From contig CP055308.1 in NCBI GenBank assembly GCA_013374855.1, positions 725,310-789,309 on the forward strand: 64,000 bases of DNA. The letters are read 5' to 3'. Position numbers and translations under genes: made by a program. Positions 60,460 to 64,000 of the stretch are shown here, in pieces (position 1 is the stretch's first letter; each line of letters starts with the position of its first letter). The notes under the pieces are model-generated. The model did no database searches and was not told the DNA's origin. It saw only the letters and a list, made by a program, of their open reading frames with translations. The DNA is from Candidatus Woesebacteria bacterium (GTDB lineage Bacteria; Patescibacteriota; Microgenomatia; UBA8517).

Positions 60460-63038
60460 TTTTGTTTGTAAATCCAGTCAATGACCGGTTGAACTTTACC
60501 AAATACCGATTCTCCTTCCTCTAAAAGCAGAAGTTCATACTTAATTTTATCAGGATTTATCGTTTCCAACTTTTTCATCTCTTTTTCAGCCTCTTTAATC
60601 CTATATTTTGGCGCTTTTACCTCTACAATTAAGGACTTGCCATCTTTCTTGCGAATCAAAAAGTCAGGTGTATAACTGTGCCAATCTCCTTTGTCGTCTT
60701 TGTATTCAAAGATAAAATCAGTTTTTTCTGGATCGTTAATTGCACCTGTATAATAAATGTCCTCAACATTATCGGGGTCTTCACCGAGTTTAGTAAGCAT
60801 TCGCTCAAAAAACTCCCGTTCGTCCTCCGAATCAAAGTTATACGGATCATAATGAAAGCCAAAGAGCGGCAGCTGCCCAGTTTGATGTTGATATTTTTCT
60901 ATACTCAAAACGTAATCATCAAGTTTACTTTTATTTACCCTTATTTCAGTTGTCCAAATTTCTTCTTTATTTTTTTCTTCTTTAACAAAACCCTTCTTTT
61001 TAACGATTGCTATTGCTTCTTCAACGGTTTCATTAACTACCTTATAGCGTATGCTTTGTTTTTCTATTTGCGAGCGGATAAGTTCCAGCTCAAACGCTCC
61101 GATTTCACCCTCTGGGTATAAGCCTTCAAGCAGTTTATAAGTTTTGAGCGAGTCTAAACGGTAGGCATGAGCCAGAACTACGGCTGCTTGAAATAAATCA
61201 ATCTTCCTGTCTGTTACCACTCCCTTTTTAGTTCCCACTTCAACTAAAACCCCTTTTCTTTGAGCTTTGGACATGGAGTAAAGAGTCTTTTCAAAGGATT
61301 TGACTGCCCGTTCCTCTGGTTTATTGATTTTTATGCCTTCCGCAGCTTTTAAATCTTCTGGGACTATCTTTTGGACGAGCTTTTTGATTAGTAGCGGTTC
61401 AGGTGTGGTTTTTTTAAGAGTTACTTTAACTGTTACGGTGTCGGCAGAGACCCTGTTAAGATCATCTAGACCCTCACCAAAGGTTTCTTGCAACTGCCGA
61501 TCAAGAATGGAGACATTGTCTTTTGAGAGGTAAATCTTGGCTTTTTTGGTGTTGTTGGGAACTTGTCTCAAACAGCGGCTGGCAGCTTGTAAAACAAAGT
61601 TATTGCTCGAAGTGAGTTTCCTTGCCAGGGCTGTAGCAAATAAAGATAAGCAGTTCCATCCTTCCGTGCCTTTGTTAACAAGTAAGAAGACCCTGTAGGG
61701 CAGTTTAGGGTCGTTAATGCGGTTGTCAAAAAGGTCTTTGACCTCGTCAGTTGACTTGTTATGCACTGGCAGGACAACTGATGGGTCAATTTTTAGAGAG
61801 ATGAGAGTTTGCTCGACTACTGGTTGAGCTTTTTCCAAATCACCGATCTGGGGGAAGTAAATTGCCAGCTTTGCATATTCGCCGCTCCCAACTCGGACAT
61901 CTTTGTATTCCTGAAAGAAATCTTTGACAACATCAACAATAAAATCCTTATCCGAGACTTCTGGATAAGCCATGATATTGCCTCTAACTTCCTTGAGAAT
62001 GCCGTCTTCAATGCCCTGGGACAAGCCATACCAGTAAATAACATCCCGTAGAAGCTGTCTTTGGTAGTAAGGCGTGCCTGTGGTGTTCACTACGGCTAAG
62101 AGATTGGTCTTCTCGGCAATGTAGTTGATTGTCTGCCTAACTCGCTTCAGGTCGCTTGCCAGCTCTTGCCCATAGGTGTGGTGAGCCTCATCCGAGAAAA
62201 CGGCTAAGTGAGGCAGAGAGGTGATGGTTTGTAGCCTTAAATTAGCTACCAGCTCTTTTGCTTCTTCAACTTCCAGTTTCAACTGCCCAGAGAGAAGGGT
62301 TTTGGGGATGCTGTTTTTTTGAAGTCGTATTTTCTCGGTGTTGGTGACGATGACATTAAATGAGCTGCCTCGAATAACAGGAATGTCTTTTTCACCATCT
62401 CTGGTGTAGGTGAACTTAACATTGATAATAAAAGATTTATAAAAACGGGGAGGAAGTATCTTGTCATAGGGAGTATCTGAGATTTCTCTCAAAGCACCTA
62501 AAATGGTTTTTCCAGGCGCAAATACCAGGGCATTTTTGATAAAGATGCCGTCTTCATCCTGATATTCCAAAGCCATCGCAAACTCACTAGCAATGATGGA
62601 AGCAATCAGGATTGTCTTACCCGCTCCCATTGCCAGTGCCAGGATATAACTTGGGTATGAGAGAGTGAGCGTCTCCCTTAGTGCTTCGAGTTTATATTTC
62701 TTAACAAAGGTATTATCAGTTTTTACCTTTTCGAAGATTGCGTCTATTCCGCCTCCAGCTAGTAATAGGTCGGTTAGATCTTCCTCTGACAGGGAGATCC
62801 CAAGAGCTTTCAGGAGATCCCTACCTTGGAAGTATTCTTTATAAAGCTCGAAGATGTTGGGAGTGTTTTTAACCAGTCTCAAATACCAGTAAGTTTCTAA
62901 TGCCTCAAATTGTGCTTTTCTTAGGAAGTTGTTCTGATTGTGTTGGAGGATGGTGGCGATGGCAGGGTAAGAAGAAGGGTATCCTTGCTGTCTCCAGTTA
63001 GTGACATCTAATTTTAACTTTTGGTAAAGATTGGTCAT
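60456..63038 (-). CDS. Type III restriction endonuclease Res (SF2 helicase plus PD-(D/E)xK)
   Basis: AMGAGKT, DEAHH, EGW, YTPDF...IVEVK. Confidence 0.9.
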   Translation of the reverse strand: MTNLYQKLKLDVTNWRQQGYPSSYPAIATILQHNQNNFLRKAQFEALETYWYLRLVKNTPNIFELYKEYFQGRDLLKALGISLSEEDLTDLLLAGGGIDAIFEKVKTDNTFVKKYKLEALRETLTLSYPSYILALAMGAGKTILIASIIASEFAMALEYQDEDGIFIKNALVFAPGKTILGALREISDTPYDKILPPRFYKSFIINVKFTYTRDGEKDIPVIRGSSFNVIVTNTEKIRLQKNSIPKTLLSGQLKLEVEEAKELVANLRLQTITSLPHLAVFSDEAHHTYGQELASDLKRVRQTINYIAEKTNLLAVVNTTGTPYYQRQLLRDVIYWYGLSQGIEDGILKEVRGNIMAYPEVSDKDFIVDVVKDFFQEYKDVRVGSGEYAKLAIYFPQIGDLEKAQPVVEQTLISLKIDPSVVLPVHNKSTDEVKDLFDNRINDPKLPYRVFLLVNKGTEGWNCLSLFATALARKLTSSNNFVLQAASRCLRQVPNNTKKAKIYLSKDNVSILDRQLQETFGEGLDDLNRVSADTVTVKVTLKKTTPEPLLIKKLVQKIVPEDLKAAEGIKINKPEERAVKSFEKTLYSMSKAQRKGVLVEVGTKKGVVTDRKIDLFQAAVVLAHAYRLDSLKTYKLLEGLYPEGEIGAFELELIRSQIEKQSIRYKVVNETVEEAIAIVKKKGFVKEEKNKEEIWTTEIRVNKSKLDDYVLSIEKYQHQTGQLPLFGFHYDPYNFDSEDEREFFERMLTKLGEDPDNVEDIYYTGAINDPEKTDFIFEYKDDKGDWHSYTPDFLIRKKDGKSLIVEVKAPKYRIKEAEKEMKKLETINPDKIKYELLLLEEGESVFGKVQPVIDWIYKQK

Positions 63039-63040
63039 AT

Positions 63041-63232
63041 TTATTTTTTGTTTTTTAGTATTGCTTCAATGTCTTTGGGGTCATAGCGCCTGTCGCCTCG
63101 CTTATTAACTCTAACAGCTTTTAATTTCCCGCTTTTGCCCCACCTCCGCAAAGTCTCTACATGCACATTTAGGATTTCCGCTGCTTGTTTTATGGTTAGG
63201 AGTTTTGGTAAATCAAATTTATTTTTACTCAT
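63041..63232 (-). CDS. MerR/excisionase-type HTH regulator
   Basis: LLTIKQAAEILNVHVETLRRW...GDRRY. Confidence 0.85.
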   Translation of the reverse strand: MSKNKFDLPKLLTIKQAAEILNVHVETLRRWGKSGKLKAVRVNKRGDRRYDPKDIEAILKNKK

Positions 63233-63234
63233 AT

Positions 63235-64000
63235 TTAATGTTGACTATTTAATTTTGTTGCTATGGCTTCTTGTTCATCGTATAGAGCTTTGTCCTGATC
63301 AATCATTTTCTGCTCGGCTGCTGTTAGCCATTGATTAGACTCCATCCTTGTAACGATTGCCGAAATATTAGCGATTCTTGTCGATATTATCTCATTAATT
63401 CTATCAATATCGCTTTTATTTTTCTCATAAAATTCTTTGTATTCTTTTAACTTTGCCCAACCTGGTTGAATTTCTTTTAATCTTTCAAGTGAAGTTCTCC
63501 AACTATCTATTACTTCTTTTGAATAGTTGGGTGGTACATAACCTGCAAAATGCTGAACGATTACTTGAGTGGGGCAACCATTGATTTCTCCTTCTACCTC
63601 AGCGATGCCTACCTCTTGATAGGTTTTATCTGTTAAAAATTTTTTGGATTCTGGAAACTGGAATTGGTTGTCAATTAACTCTTCTGCTTCGTAATAACCC
63701 TGTGTAGGTGCTTCACCCCAAACAATATTGGAGTAATTAGTCTCCCTCATAGCCTTTTCCATTGTGTAACCACTTCTTGTTGCCTCAAAGGAGAAATCGT
63801 CAAACTTTAAGATTGTCTCGCCTCTTTTTTGAGCCGACAGTTCAAGTTTTGGTTGGTATTTTAGTTCTCTTGCACCTGCCTCTTTTCGCTTTTCGTTAAG
63901 AAGTGTTAAGTATTTTTCTTTATCAAGTTTTATCTTTGAGGATTCATCAAAATCTCTTGAGGTATCTCGCCAGTATTTAGCAAGATCACCCTTTTGATCT
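63235..64000 (-). CDS. CAP/SCP-domain protein (5' end outside window)
   Basis: Frame open to the window edge: LNEKRKEAG..L....L..SAQ, WGE, EVGI, VQHFA. Confidence 0.7.
   Translation of the reverse strand, partial: DQKGDLAKYWRDTSRDFDESSKIKLDKEKYLTLLNEKRKEAGARELKYQPKLELSAQKRGETILKFDDFSFEATRSGYTMEKAMRETNYSNIVWGEAPTQGYYEAEELIDNQFQFPESKKFLTDKTYQEVGIAEVEGEINGCPTQVIVQHFAGYVPPNYSKEVIDSWRTSLERLKEIQPGWAKLKEYKEFYEKNKSDIDRINEIISTRIANISAIVTRMESNQWLTAAEQKMIDQDKALYDEQEAIATKLNSQH

Larger units (their letters stand above)
48274..64000. mobile_element. Integrative element inserted at the ychF 5' end (distal end outside window)
   Basis: Serine integrase overlapping the ychF start; excision, replication and defence genes; top strand changes from A/C-rich to T-rich at ~48.3 kb. 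Confidence 0.85.

Overview
AT-rich bacterial chromosome segment, most likely from a Patescibacteria/CPR (Microgenomates-like) genome. This is inferred from the gene set, the large type IV pilin cluster and the compact intergenic spacing. Positions 1-48.3 kb are host backbone: recG end-rpmF-nusB-ACP-like-rnc-rpsP-khpA, a ~13.6 kb type IV pilus locus with about 11 pilin-like genes, gyrB, an H+-PPase, a frameshifted dockerin-subtilase, gyrA, a Xer recombinase with a nearby dif-like site, efp, tRNA-Leu(CAA), dnaB, rpmE, an N-terminally truncated RF1, an ATP-grasp/beta-lactamase-like pair, HtrA, S41, rpsR-ssb-rpsF and ychF. From ~48.3 kb to the window end is an integrative element apparently inserted in the 5' end of ychF. 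Its core is a large serine recombinase, an excisionase-like HTH, a TerS-like protein, a Rep-like protein with in-gene iterons and a DUF5659-like protein. It also carries several structured non-coding RNA candidates and defence cargo (two HEPN-like proteins, HNH, and a type III R-M system with an embedded DUF3800 gene facing a promoter-driven small RNA). Many host genes appear leaderless. Family assignments are from recognised motifs only; no searches were run.
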